64,000 nucleotides of DNA from Paraglomus brasilianum (taxonomy: Eukaryota): assembly GCA_910592345.1 (NCBI GenBank), contig CAJVPI010000040.1:1-64000 (forward strand). The letters run 5' to 3'. Each line of letters begins with the position of its first letter. Positions within the stretch are counted from its first letter, which is position 1. A model generated the notes under the pieces. It ran no database searches, was not told the DNA's origin, and saw nothing but the letters and a program-made list of their open reading frames with translations. Shown here piece after piece: positions 1-10,470 of the stretch. The position numbers were made by a program, and so were the translations under genes.

Positions 1-37
1 AGTTCTAAAACTGTGTAAAGGAGTTCTTGCATGATAA

Positions 38-665
38 CTATTTAGTTCTTATTTCTATTCTGGCAACTAACTCTTGATCTTGAGATTTTACCTTTTTTAA
101 CTAATTGCTGGAAGTCAGTTTTTAATTTTAATCCCACTTGTTTAAATTTATTTTGCTTTTTTGGTAAACTTGGTAAAGGTTTAGTGTCTAAATATGCCCT
201 TCTGTTTAGTTCCTCTTTTTTCTCTATTCTCTGCTTTTCAATGGTTTGATGAGCCTTCTCCAATAATTCTGAATTTTCTTCTAGTCCCTTTTCTAATTCT
301 TCAATCCTTACTCTTTGACTTTCAACTGTGTTACGAGATTTTTCCAATAGTTCCACACTTTCATCAAATTTTTCTTTTAAGCATCCTGGATTTTTAGTGT
401 ATCAATTTTCGCAGGTCTTAATAGCATCTAAATGACAAAGGGAACCTTCTTCCATTATTTTTATTTCAGATTCTAAATTCTTAATGATCAAATCTTTTTC
501 TTCCATCTCTTTTTGCAATCTTGTAACTTCTTCTTGAAGTTCAGTATTTTCAATTTTTCTTTCAAATATTGTAGCCCGACTATCACGAGCAATTATCCTT
601 AATTGTTGGTTTTCTTCTAATAGTTTCTTATTATTTTCTTGGAGTTCTGTTAATATGTTTACCAT
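38..665 (-). CDS. Coiled-coil hypothetical protein of endobacterial (MRE/Mollicutes-like) type, read in genetic code 4, with one frameshift near the 3' end
   Basis: ORFs 402-665 and 42-356 are in the same frame, separated only by TGA at 402-404 (KTCEN-TGA-YTKNPGCLKEKFDESVELLEK). A frameshift at about 75-95 gives the end QDQELVARIEIRTK* (stop 38-40). No introns, A-rich leader, and the next ATG (30-32, MQELLYTVLE) follows 5 nt after the stop. Confidence 0.6.
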
Positions 666-740
666 TTTTTTATTTATTTTTATTTATTCTTTTAATATAC
701 TTTTATCCTTTTTACGAGGAATATTAAGTATATAGTTATT

Positions 741-800
741 TTAATGGGTATCCATTTGCTTTACTAAATTTAGTACGATCCTCAAATGGATACCCATTAA
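741..800. repeat. Perfect 18-bp inverted repeat with 24-nt loop
   Basis: TTAATGGGTATCCATTTG (741-758) and CAAATGGATACCCATTAA (783-800) are exact reverse complements. Confidence 0.9.
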
Positions 801-923
801 TATTTCTTTTGATTTAGACTTAAAAAATTAAAAGTGAAAAAGCTAAACAATATTTGTTGAAAGATTAATCTTATTATGGCAGTAGAAAACAAATTAACGC
901 GTAATGAAGTAATGGAGGTAATT

Positions 924-2660
924 TTATTCATTGCCAGTATAAATTGGTTGTGGACAAGTAATGTCTTTGAATTCATCTCTGACAAACAGGCGAATATTAT
1001 GGTAAAGATATTCTTGTCTTTTGTAATCCAAAGGAGGAGGGGTTAGTACTAGGATGGAAAAGGATTTAATTTCTTTGGTAATTTCAGAAACGTTTGCTTT
1101 TCTAATTTTTAACAGATTAAATTCAGTAAAAGCACCATTAGCAACCATTTGAGCTTTGACAATTCCAGGATTAGTTGCTTCAAAAACAAAATGCTGATAT
1201 TTTTGTAAACCACCCAATTTCTTAAAGAAAATTCCCAACACAGAGTTAAAATCTAAGTATTGAAAGCCTTTTCCATTATCATAACACTGAGCTTTATTTA
1301 ACCCAGCTGTACTTGATCTTTTCACTACCTCGACAATATGATTCACGCAATCTACCATTGTCTTTCTATAGAGTTTTTTAATCAATCCAAAACTACCATC
1401 ACACTTGAATTTAGTATGTCCAGGTACCATAAAATTTAATTCGATAGTTTTATAATAACCGCAAATTACTAAATATAAGTAAAATCAAATGGTGACGTTA
1501 TTTTTATTTTGTCCTCCCGCATTATCACAAGTAATCTTTAAATGTTTTTCACCTTTATTCAATCGCTTAATCCCATCGAATACCAGGCTCAGCGTACCAT
1601 TAGGACCTTTACCTATTATTTCGTCTTTATCGAGAACGTAATTAATTTGTTCACGTACTGCTTCATCTTGAATACCAAATAAATGAACTTTACGTGGACT
1701 AAGATAATAAATCTTACTTACCTGTTGATCGGAATGGGGCACGTGAACGTTTTGTGCCCAATCGTAACTGTAATGAGCAGTAACATCAATGCTACAATAA
1801 TTAGCTTTGCCTCCGCTTATAAAATGTTCATCTACCAATTTTCTCTGTTGTTCTGCTAGCTTAGTATTTTTATTGTAATAGTTTCTCTCTAATTTAGCCT
1901 TAACTAAATGTTCTTTGAATTTTTTTAGTAAGTCTCTCGCTTCTTCTTCCTTACGAGCATTATACTGCAAGCCGTTCCGAAAATGTTGACACGTGTCACA
2001 TAATCCGTTCTTGGACTCATGATTTGAATATAAGACGTTAATTGGTGCCATAACTTGCGAAACGCATCATATTTTAACAATTTCAACGTACTATCGTTTT
2101 CTAGACCTGCAATAAAATCACGATAGACTGATTTGTAACTCGTTTCAGCTGGCAATAATGTAAGCGATTGAGTAATGCGATTAACATTTCTACCAGGACT
2201 TGGTAATCCATGAATTTCAGCATAGTTTTCGAGAAAATTCTTTACGGCGGTAGCAACGGTTATATCAATGGTTATTTTGGTTTTTCATCGCGGCACTCGT
2301 TTTATGTTACCATGAATGCGCGGTATTATACCATTCGTTGCTAGGTGATTTCTGACATTTTCGAAGTGAGTGCGACCAATTCTTAACATATTGAAATACG
2401 TTTTCTGACAAAGAGGCGTATGGCGATCTCAATAATAAAAAGTTCGCTTATTAGTACGCGTTTTCTTTTTAAGACGTCGACTAGCAGTTATTTCTCCACC
2501 ATTCATTGCTTTCAATTGGGCCATTAAGAATATATCTTGTTCAGATCTAGAGAGAGCTTGAAACGCCTCACGTAATTCGGCAAAATTTTCTCTCAGAATT
2601 ATTTTTGAACAACCACAATTGCAACCTATCTCCAAAAAATGTATTGCTTTTCATATTCGG
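924..2660 (-). mobile_element. Transposase-like gene (DUF7869-like DDE-type family), split by three in-frame TGA codons and a 1-nt frameshift
   Basis: Motifs CNCGC, HGN, HGLPSPGR, CDTC, SYDWAQ, CDNAGGQNKN and FMVPGHTKFKCDGSFG. ORFs 2429-2635 and 1925-2155 are in frame through TGA 2429-2431 and 2285-2287. ORFs 1485-2051 and 924-1430 are in frame through TGA 1485-1487. One frameshift lies at about 2003. The 5' end is truncated or frameshifted near 2640-2670. Confidence 0.6.
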
Positions 2661-2970
2661 TGGAACCGTTATAGTTAGAATTTTTCATATACAGGTAATC
2701 CTATATATTAGTTTTATCATCAATGGTAATTATACAAGATACATAAAGTCTGAAAATATAAGCTAAGCAATTTTATTGACACAAAGATCACTAATAGACC
2801 ACACACTATTACTATTGAAGCCACTATCTAGCACGTTAATTAGATCCTGTCTATCACTATCATTATAGTTTATTTAATCCATGCATTCAGGATATTACTT
2901 TGCATTCATGCAGTAAACACCTCATTTTTTGGTGTATGACAGGATAAATGTGTTAGGTTGTAAAAGCAAC

Positions 2971-3570
2971 TCAATATAGTTCTGCAATCTTGTTCTTCAA
3001 CCCTTGATAATCACAACTTTCAGCAAGTTGAAAAAGCTCCTGCCAGAGCTCCGACTGTCCATGGGATTTCCAAAAAGCCATTGTCTTTTCAGCATGCCCT
3101 TGAAAATCCTTATTTCCAAAGGCAAATATGTCCAACCCATTACATCCATGTAAAGTGAGGTAAAAGCTTCTTAATAAACTAACTAGGTCATCTGACTTCT
3201 GATAAACAATACTTCTTCTTTCTATCACTGATTTCAATGCCAAGTCTGATGCACAGTCAAGCCCACCAGCAAATGGTTGAGATGTGTGGACATCAACTGC
3301 ATATCCCCAATCCACAACTCGAATGGTTCTAGAATCCCTGTCTTTAAGAATGTTACATTTTCGAAGGTCTCTGTGCAGAATACCTTTGGAGTGTGCTTGC
3401 TGTAGTGTGTCAATTATTCTATCTAAATTATTCTTCTCATAATAATCAATCTTGTCACAAACAGGTTCCATGACAAAGGAATTTTCATTCGAAAAAAGAA
3501 CCTTTGGAATGCCATCATTATTGCTCAATCTTGAGAGTGTCTGCACTTCCTTGTCAATCCTTTCATGCAT
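2971..3570 (-). CDS. Protein kinase-like fragment (catalytic lobe only)
   Basis: HRDLRKCNIL catalytic loop, VVDWG (DFG-equivalent) and DDLVSL. No Gly-rich loop or VAIK is visible, so it is probably N-terminally truncated. Confidence 0.6.
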   Translation of the reverse strand: MHERIDKEVQTLSRLSNNDGIPKVLFSNENSFVMEPVCDKIDYYEKNNLDRIIDTLQQAHSKGILHRDLRKCNILKDRDSRTIRVVDWGYAVDVHTSQPFAGGLDCASDLALKSVIERRSIVYQKSDDLVSLLRSFYLTLHGCNGLDIFAFGNKDFQGHAEKTMAFWKSHGQSELWQELFQLAESCDYQGLKNKIAELY

Positions 3571-3706
3571 AATCCTATATTAATCCTGTTATGGTTTATA
3601 TTCCTCACCTTCTGGTATGATAGGGGGAACATTAAAATTAACAAGTCCATAACTAATGAATGAGCACCAAATTACTTTCAAAACGTCATCAGTCAAATTA
3701 GTTAAC

Positions 3707-4161
3707 TTTCAGCCACACCAGCCTCTTATTTAAGAATGTTCACTTTGTCTGGTTTTGTTGCAGTCTGCCCCATATAATGAACCATGTTTATTAGACAACA
3801 GCTCTTTGAATAGTGCAAAATGTCTTGTTTGCAATTAGATACAGTCTTTTTGTGTGAAAACACGTTGCATCAAGTGTTTTTGTTTTTGGTAAATGTGAAT
3901 TCATCTTGCTTTTATACACGGATGCTAGTCACATTCGCTTATAACGCAAAAAATATATATATTAGCTAAGAGATTTAGTCGCATTGCAATAGATCTAAAA
4001 TGTCACTAAAATTTAGTTCCTGAATTTGGGCATGAGCCACAGCTATAAATTGAGCAAAGCCTCTCCAAAATGCATACAGCTAAATTAGTTTATTTTCCAG
4101 CCACATCAGCCTCTTTTAGCTCACATGATCAAATGTTCACTTTGTTGCAGTCTGCCCCAAT
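3707..4161. repeat. Imperfect dispersed direct repeat of about 65 bp (about 3707-3773 and 4095-4161)
   Basis: Both copies share CAGCCACAyCAGCCTCTT...AATGTTCACTTTGT...TTGCAGTCTGCCCCA. Confidence 0.7.
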
Positions 4162-4345
4162 TATAAACGTAGACTCTTTACCTGTATGGTTCACCCAAAA
4201 AGGCGACAATTCAGCGTTTGTGGCCCATTGAGATTTGTAGTGCTAGAATGTCACTATTATTGGGATCAACCACGACTATTATTATACTAAATTTGCATGT
4301 TGACCAGATCGACCAATGAACTAATGCTATCTTTCTCAACCGATA

Positions 4346-5445
4346 ATGGTTCAAGGTTTAAACTTGCAGCCTATCCGCTATGCTATCAACGTTCTACGAA
4401 ATCCAAAGCTTCTAGTTCCTACCATCGTTACCAGAGGTAAACCCAACGAAATCATCACCTGAAGATTAAACATTCCTCACATCATTTTGTAACATCAAAC
4501 GCAGACATTCGGTTTATCCCTTTCAGTAGGCTAAAACAATTTGGAATCAAAGTCTTGGTATGCGACAAAGACAACACACTTACCCTTCCATACGATACTC
4601 ATTTACATAAACCCTTCGAGGTACCATCTTATGTATTTGTGCCTCATTCAAAATAAAGATGTTCTTGATATATTTGATCTCTCGTAGGATGCATGGAAGC
4701 AAGCGCTTGATGAATTCGGTAGAGACAACGTGGTGATAATATCAAACTCGGCTGGTACGCCGGATGATCCAGGTTCTTCAAAGGTATATTATGAATATCA
4801 TTAGTGAGGTCCGAGTAGAGTATAACGGCAAAAGCATGCTACATGATTACTTTTCTTCCCTAACAAAGGCACGAGAAATCGAACAGTCGATAGGCAAGTC
4901 CCAACAATCCCTCTCCAATCTCCCAATCTCTGCATTTATTATTTATCGTGCATCTCTATCACATTGTAGGCGTGTCAGTTCTACGACATAGACTTAAGGT
5001 ATATCATGTCATTAACAGTAGGTCATCTTTTATATCCACTCAACAATCTTTTTCACTTTACAGAAACCAGGGATACCGTTTTCTGCAGTTCGCTCACATT
5101 TCCAGCATCATACTTCACTACGCCCACACGAGGCCGTCGTTATCGGAGATCGACTACTTACAGACGTGCTGTTTGGTAACGTGAATGGAATGCCTAGCAT
5201 TCTAGTCACGGACGTGCCCAGTGAGCTTGGGGATAACCCTTCTGCTGTTAAGGTACAATTGTCGACAGTATTTGGCTGTAAAGAACGGACGTATTGTTGA
5301 ATAGAATGGTTAGCCGCTGATTTGTAATTTTTAGATTCGAAGGGCAGAACATCGGCTTGTTCAATGGATGGTAAAGAAGGGAATCGAGCCACTGGGATCA
5401 AAGGAACAGGAAGAATTACGTAAAGTAATGAGTGAGAGGGAATGA
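4346..5445 (+). CDS. GEP4: Mitochondrial phosphatidylglycerophosphatase (HAD IIIA, Gep4-like), multi-exon
   Basis: Spliced translation MVQGLNLQPIRY..., VCDKDNTLTLP, IISNSAGT, VLRHRLK, AVVIGDRLLTDVLFGN. Stop TGA at 5443-5445. Confidence 0.85.
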
Positions 5446-5573
5446 TTCGTGAAATATGCTGCCTTTTTGAAACCACTCAATAATATTGCATGTCCCTTAC
5501 TTCATTCTGGTCTTTGTCGTATTAAAAAAGTGTTTAATTGTTACGAGTTTCAAGCCATCAATTCTTCAATAAT

Positions 5574-7970
5574 TTACCGCTTTGTCCATAGTTTTATTGA
5601 CAAAAATCCAGCAACCACTGCCATAAGGCCCCCAAATCTTAGTACAAACCCAATGGAATCGGCATCTGCATTCTCATGAGAAGTTGTGCCTTCAAATACT
5701 GCAAACACTATGCTACTAATGATGTTAACCAGGAATTGTGGTAATACAATATACATATTATGTATGCCCAATAACGTGCCAGCCGCCTCCCCAGGCGACT
5801 GGGAAGATATATCTATGGAACGCTGAGATTGGAAACTAACGCGTGATGCGTTGGCAGATAACGTTAACGGGATATCCCCTTCATCTTCATCTTCATCCTC
5901 ATCTGTCGGTGTTGTCTGCGTCTGTACTAGTCTATAAGTCGATTCATTGGACCTACGGACCTCCCCATTCTCGGGCATAACACCATTTGATCGCTGTTCT
6001 TCGGCTATATATTCCCCCAAAATGGAAAATGGTGCCCACATTGAGGTAGCCCATGATATGCCCACAAACGCTAATAATGCACTGGCACCCGCTACATTAC
6101 TTACAAACCAAGTAGACAACATGCAAATTGCAAATATGAAGTGAGCTGCCGTCCATAATTTTGGTAAAGTAAGGAATGGCAATGGCAGTCTACAACGCTT
6201 CCACGAGAAACTTTCACTTGAACCTGATGACCCTGATGGGGTGACTAAGAAAGGCAGTCCCATTGATGCAAATAAACTCACAAGTGCATGCATCAAAAGG
6301 GCGAATGAGCCGGCGCGTTCTGCAGCGCCGATCGTATGCTCTCCAGAGTCGCCTGATGCACGTTTGTAGATTGCTCCTACCCAAGTTGACGAGTAGAATA
6401 AGAATGGAAACCAACCGATCCATGCAAAAAATTGGACATTGCACAGTTGTTGAACAGGTTTAGGAAGATTGCGTATTGAGCGAAAAATGGTCGCTACAGT
6501 ATCAACTGTTGATCTAAAGGCATTCTTTGAAGAGCTAATGTAAGATGGTTAGTTGTCATTACAAATATATCTTCTATTATAAATTGACATGATATTTTTG
6601 TACCAGTAGATTACCTTCCATGACCACTATAAACCTGCTCTGTGACTGCCCAAAAAATTGCAGCATTCGAAGAAATCAATATGATAGAAGCAAAAATGCA
6701 AAGCACTTTCAATTGGCTATTCCCAAATATTGGAAATATGGCAGGCAAGTCAACAAACCCCCTAAAATTGATAAATGGAAATGACTGTTTCAGCATTGCA
6801 TCGATGATGAACATTTACATTCCCAATGTTTGCTTACATAAAATAGCCAAATACATTCCCAGCTCCAACCATTATCCCTGCCCAAGCTGTCCCTTCCTCT
6901 TGTTGTGATGATGGCAGACTATCAATAAGCAATGCTCTAGAACTTGCCTGTACTGTTTAATAGACATTTCGGTCAGTTTATGACGAATAAGTAACAAGCC
7001 AAATCCACACAAAAGCTTACCAGCATTAATCGCAAAATCAAGACTATAAAGAGAGAAAATAGCAATCCATATTGTTATTGGTGTACCCTGAATGTAAAGT
7101 AGCGAGACCCTGTAAGATATAGATAAACCATCACACATACATGAGCATCTTATGAAACCTACCTCTCCAAATAGTCCGTCTATCATATCTTTTGTCCAGC
7201 CAATAGATATAAAAGCAAACACCACAGCAATACTCCCGCCAAGTATGAAAGGCTTTCGTCTGCCGAATCTTGATGTCGATTTGTCAGATAAAGCCCCGAC
7301 AATTGGTTGCATTATTAAACCTAGAAATTAATAAGATATTTTTAGTTGCCAATTTACACTATTACAGCTTTAGCTGCATTTTTTACCTGATAAAGGTCCA
7401 GCAAGCCAAACCATAGCCATGTGGGATTTATGCATGCCCAAAGAAAGAAGATAAGGCGTACCTACAAAAGCAAGTGACGCGTACGTTATATGGATTATAT
7501 TTTGCAGTAGATCATGAGAATTCAAGCAGATCACGAACATACCGTACGCGAGTTCAACCGCCCCTATCAACCAAATAAAGAAGATTTTTTAGTCCAACAA
7601 ATTTTGTTCGTTGCATATTCAAAAACACAACTTACATGCGAACTGAAGCCTACAAGAATCCAAGAAATAAACAAACCAAATCAGTTCGCAAATACCATTT
7701 TTCGGCTTCCACTCTTATCAATGAGTTTTCAACTCACCCTGCAAAGCATTGTGTCAACAGTACCATTCTCATGGTTTTACTCTTGCCTCTTACCCCCGGT
7801 TTATTTGAATAAGCTTTTGGTGCATTGTCGTCATCAAATATCTCGAATGCCGTTTCTGCTTGTTCCTGACCAACTATACCGTCTGCTGAGATATCTGCCA
7901 AAGAACTGGAACGTGAAGAAAGAGAAATTGAGGGGCGTTGAGAATCTGTGTGCGTAGTAGACTCTTCCAT
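5574..7970 (-). CDS. MFS sucrose/alpha-glucoside transporter (SUT1/SLC45 type), multi-exon
   Basis: VWLAGPLSG, MQPIVGALSDKSTSRFGRRKPFILGG, LDFAINA, GISWATSMWAPFSILGE, AGTLLGIHNMYIVLPQFL. Confidence 0.88.
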
Positions 7971-8158
7971 TAGGAAGGGTGGTTGGATTCTGGATTGCGT
8001 TTGGGAAGGACTTGTTTAAAATGTTTCTTTATTAGCCACGTATATTAATATATTAATAGATACGTGTATATAATAATAAAATACTTAATCCGTGTAACAG
8101 ATTGTAGTAATATAGACTAATTCGATTGGGTCACTAACCCGATTTGTTTAGAATAACA

Positions 8159-10161
8159 TCATTGACCCAGCCCAGACAGTTTCTTCTTTTTCGAGCGAGG
8201 AAATACTTGTTTACTGGAGGAAGGAGAATTAGAACTAGCAGCTGAGGACGTGCGGGCCTTTACACTACTCGACGAAGCACCGAATATTAAATCGATCTCG
8301 TCTTTGGCCTTGTTCTTTTTACGCTTTCTCTGTACCGTTTGCCATTGTTCGCGTTGTTGGGTATTCTCAACTGGTATCGTAGATGATACGTTGGTAGACA
8401 CTGTCTCTTCAGGAGTATTTACTTTTTCCGAAACTGCATTATCGGGCGAGTCAATATCCTTTGCGGTTTCAGAGATAACTATTGACGATAGATTCTCACT
8501 CATTATACGAATATCACCTGAAATGAAATAAGAAAAGAGAGAATTTAATAAATCAACCCGATTACTACTTGACTTCAGCAATAATCATGCTCGCCTTCGT
8601 TAGATATTTCTTGCGATATAGAACTTTCTGTCTCTCTGTCGTATTCATATGGTGCTATTAGTTCATTAACATTTCTAGTAACAGCGTAACAATTGAATCA
8701 TGAGATTTTGATATCGAACCTGTTCTCAATGTTTATTTGAATCGGCAAATCCTCTAACAGATCAGGAAGACCTTCATACAGTAGATACTCGTCTTGATGG
8801 ACAGCAGCCTATCTTCAAATAGACTCGTTGGTTAATCCCGTTATAATTACTCGGTTTCACGGTTTGCTTTTATCTTTAATAACTATTTTTATCAAAGGCT
8901 ATGTTACGCCGTGTCAAACATACCGGGAAGCAGTGGGCCCACGATCTCAATAATGCGTAACATGCTTGAACCTCTTTTAACCAGCCTTGAGTTAATATAT
9001 ATAACCTCGCAAGGACAGCTAGTATAGCCAACGCAAAGGCCATGAACTCGGCACGGTTGATGACAACACAAAAATCTCTGTTGTTTGACATATGTTAGTC
9101 TTTGCGTTACTTTTTTAAAAGCATTGCAATTGTAAAAGATTCGTAACCTGTATGCAATAGAATAGACTGATAAAGCCTATGTTGAATGTAAATTATTAAC
9201 TATTGCAAGATGAATCCGGTGCTCACTTGCCTCATACTTTGTTGAAACATTACCTTTTTCAAGAGCATATCGCATCCGACAAGCCTGTTGAGAACATAAT
9301 AAACGGAATCTCTTGACGGAATTTGATCCCAAGTTTTCTCAGACTTTGATGAGCTGTATGTATTGTCGAGTAAATGCTTATCAGGTTCTGAATATAGTAA
9401 AATATCAGGAGTCCTGACTTACTTGCTCTTACTGTAAAACATTGCTAGAAGGTCATTCAGCAGACATGCCAGATTAATCTCTTGCAATCGTTTCAAAATT
9501 CTCCGAACCTGAATGTAGTTATATTCTTAATGTTCGTAAATGAGTGTTTGCACAACTTGGACAAAGACATTTGCTCTTGAGTTTTAACATGTGATAGTTT
9601 AATGTTTCATATTAACAAGAATGCAAACATTGATATACTATTGGCTTGTATTGAAACATGATAGTGTTAACAATGCAAGGTGAAGAATTACTAAAAGATG
9701 AAGCAAGCAGTATTTGATAAAATGACAATTTTAGGTTCAGTCAGTTAATCAAAGTTTTGTCAAACGGTTTCTGATTTTGCAGTTATGGATCAAATTAAAG
9801 GATTAATAATAATTATCATAAACTACCACATGTTAAAATTATGTCTTCGAGAATTGGCATATTCTTGGCCAAGTCGTGTATTCGTAGTCCAACCAATTAA
9901 TCAATTAATCACCTCAGCAACTCGTCTGAAATATCCTGTAACCCGATGTTGATTCTTGTTTTTGTAATATAGTCTCTCTAATATATTAACCTCATCCCAA
10001 AACTCGGTCCTTTGAAAAAATTTAACATGTAAACTGAGCTTATCGATATTAGTATCGTAGCCAATTCTATCTGATAGTGTATACGATGGATAAACGTTTT
10101 TAGATGGTTTTGGAAGATTGCGTTCTATGAAAATGGAATCTGTTAGAGAAATTTTATTCAT
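8159..10161 (-). CDS. Nucleolus and neural progenitor protein-like (DUF4477/NEPRO, RNase MRP Rmp1-like), multi-exon
   Basis: N-terminal EVNILERLYYKNKNQHRVTGYFRRVAEV, mid FMAFALAILAVLARLY, and C-terminal KRKKNKAKDEIDLIFG. Exon boundaries are approximate. Confidence 0.7.
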
Positions 10162-10263
10162 ATTTGTTGCCACAAATGAATGTGGAAGCTAGTTATATGT
10201 CACACACATCAAAATAGACGCCAATCATATCCACTATTCGAAAATCTCTATGTAATATATTCC

Positions 10264-10392
10264 TTACAATCAGAAATTCCTTATAGCCAAGGTCTCTTTT
10301 TATAGCAAAGATTATGATCATTTTGGAGACAATCTTCATTATAAACAGATCTTCGTTATAGCCAAAGTTCATTATAACCAGATTAGACTATA
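10264..10392. mobile_element. Possible degenerate pogo/Tigger-like MITE in a divergent promoter
   Basis: Repeated TTATAG/TTATAA motifs, ending TTCATTATAACCAGATTAGACTATA, similar to the end at about 45957-45982. Confidence 0.3.
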
Positions 10393-10470
10393 ATTTTGGG
10401 CTTGATCTTGTGTAACATACTACTTCTCGCGTCACTGGTAAAAAGGTCCACGATTAATCTTTCCTAGTCA

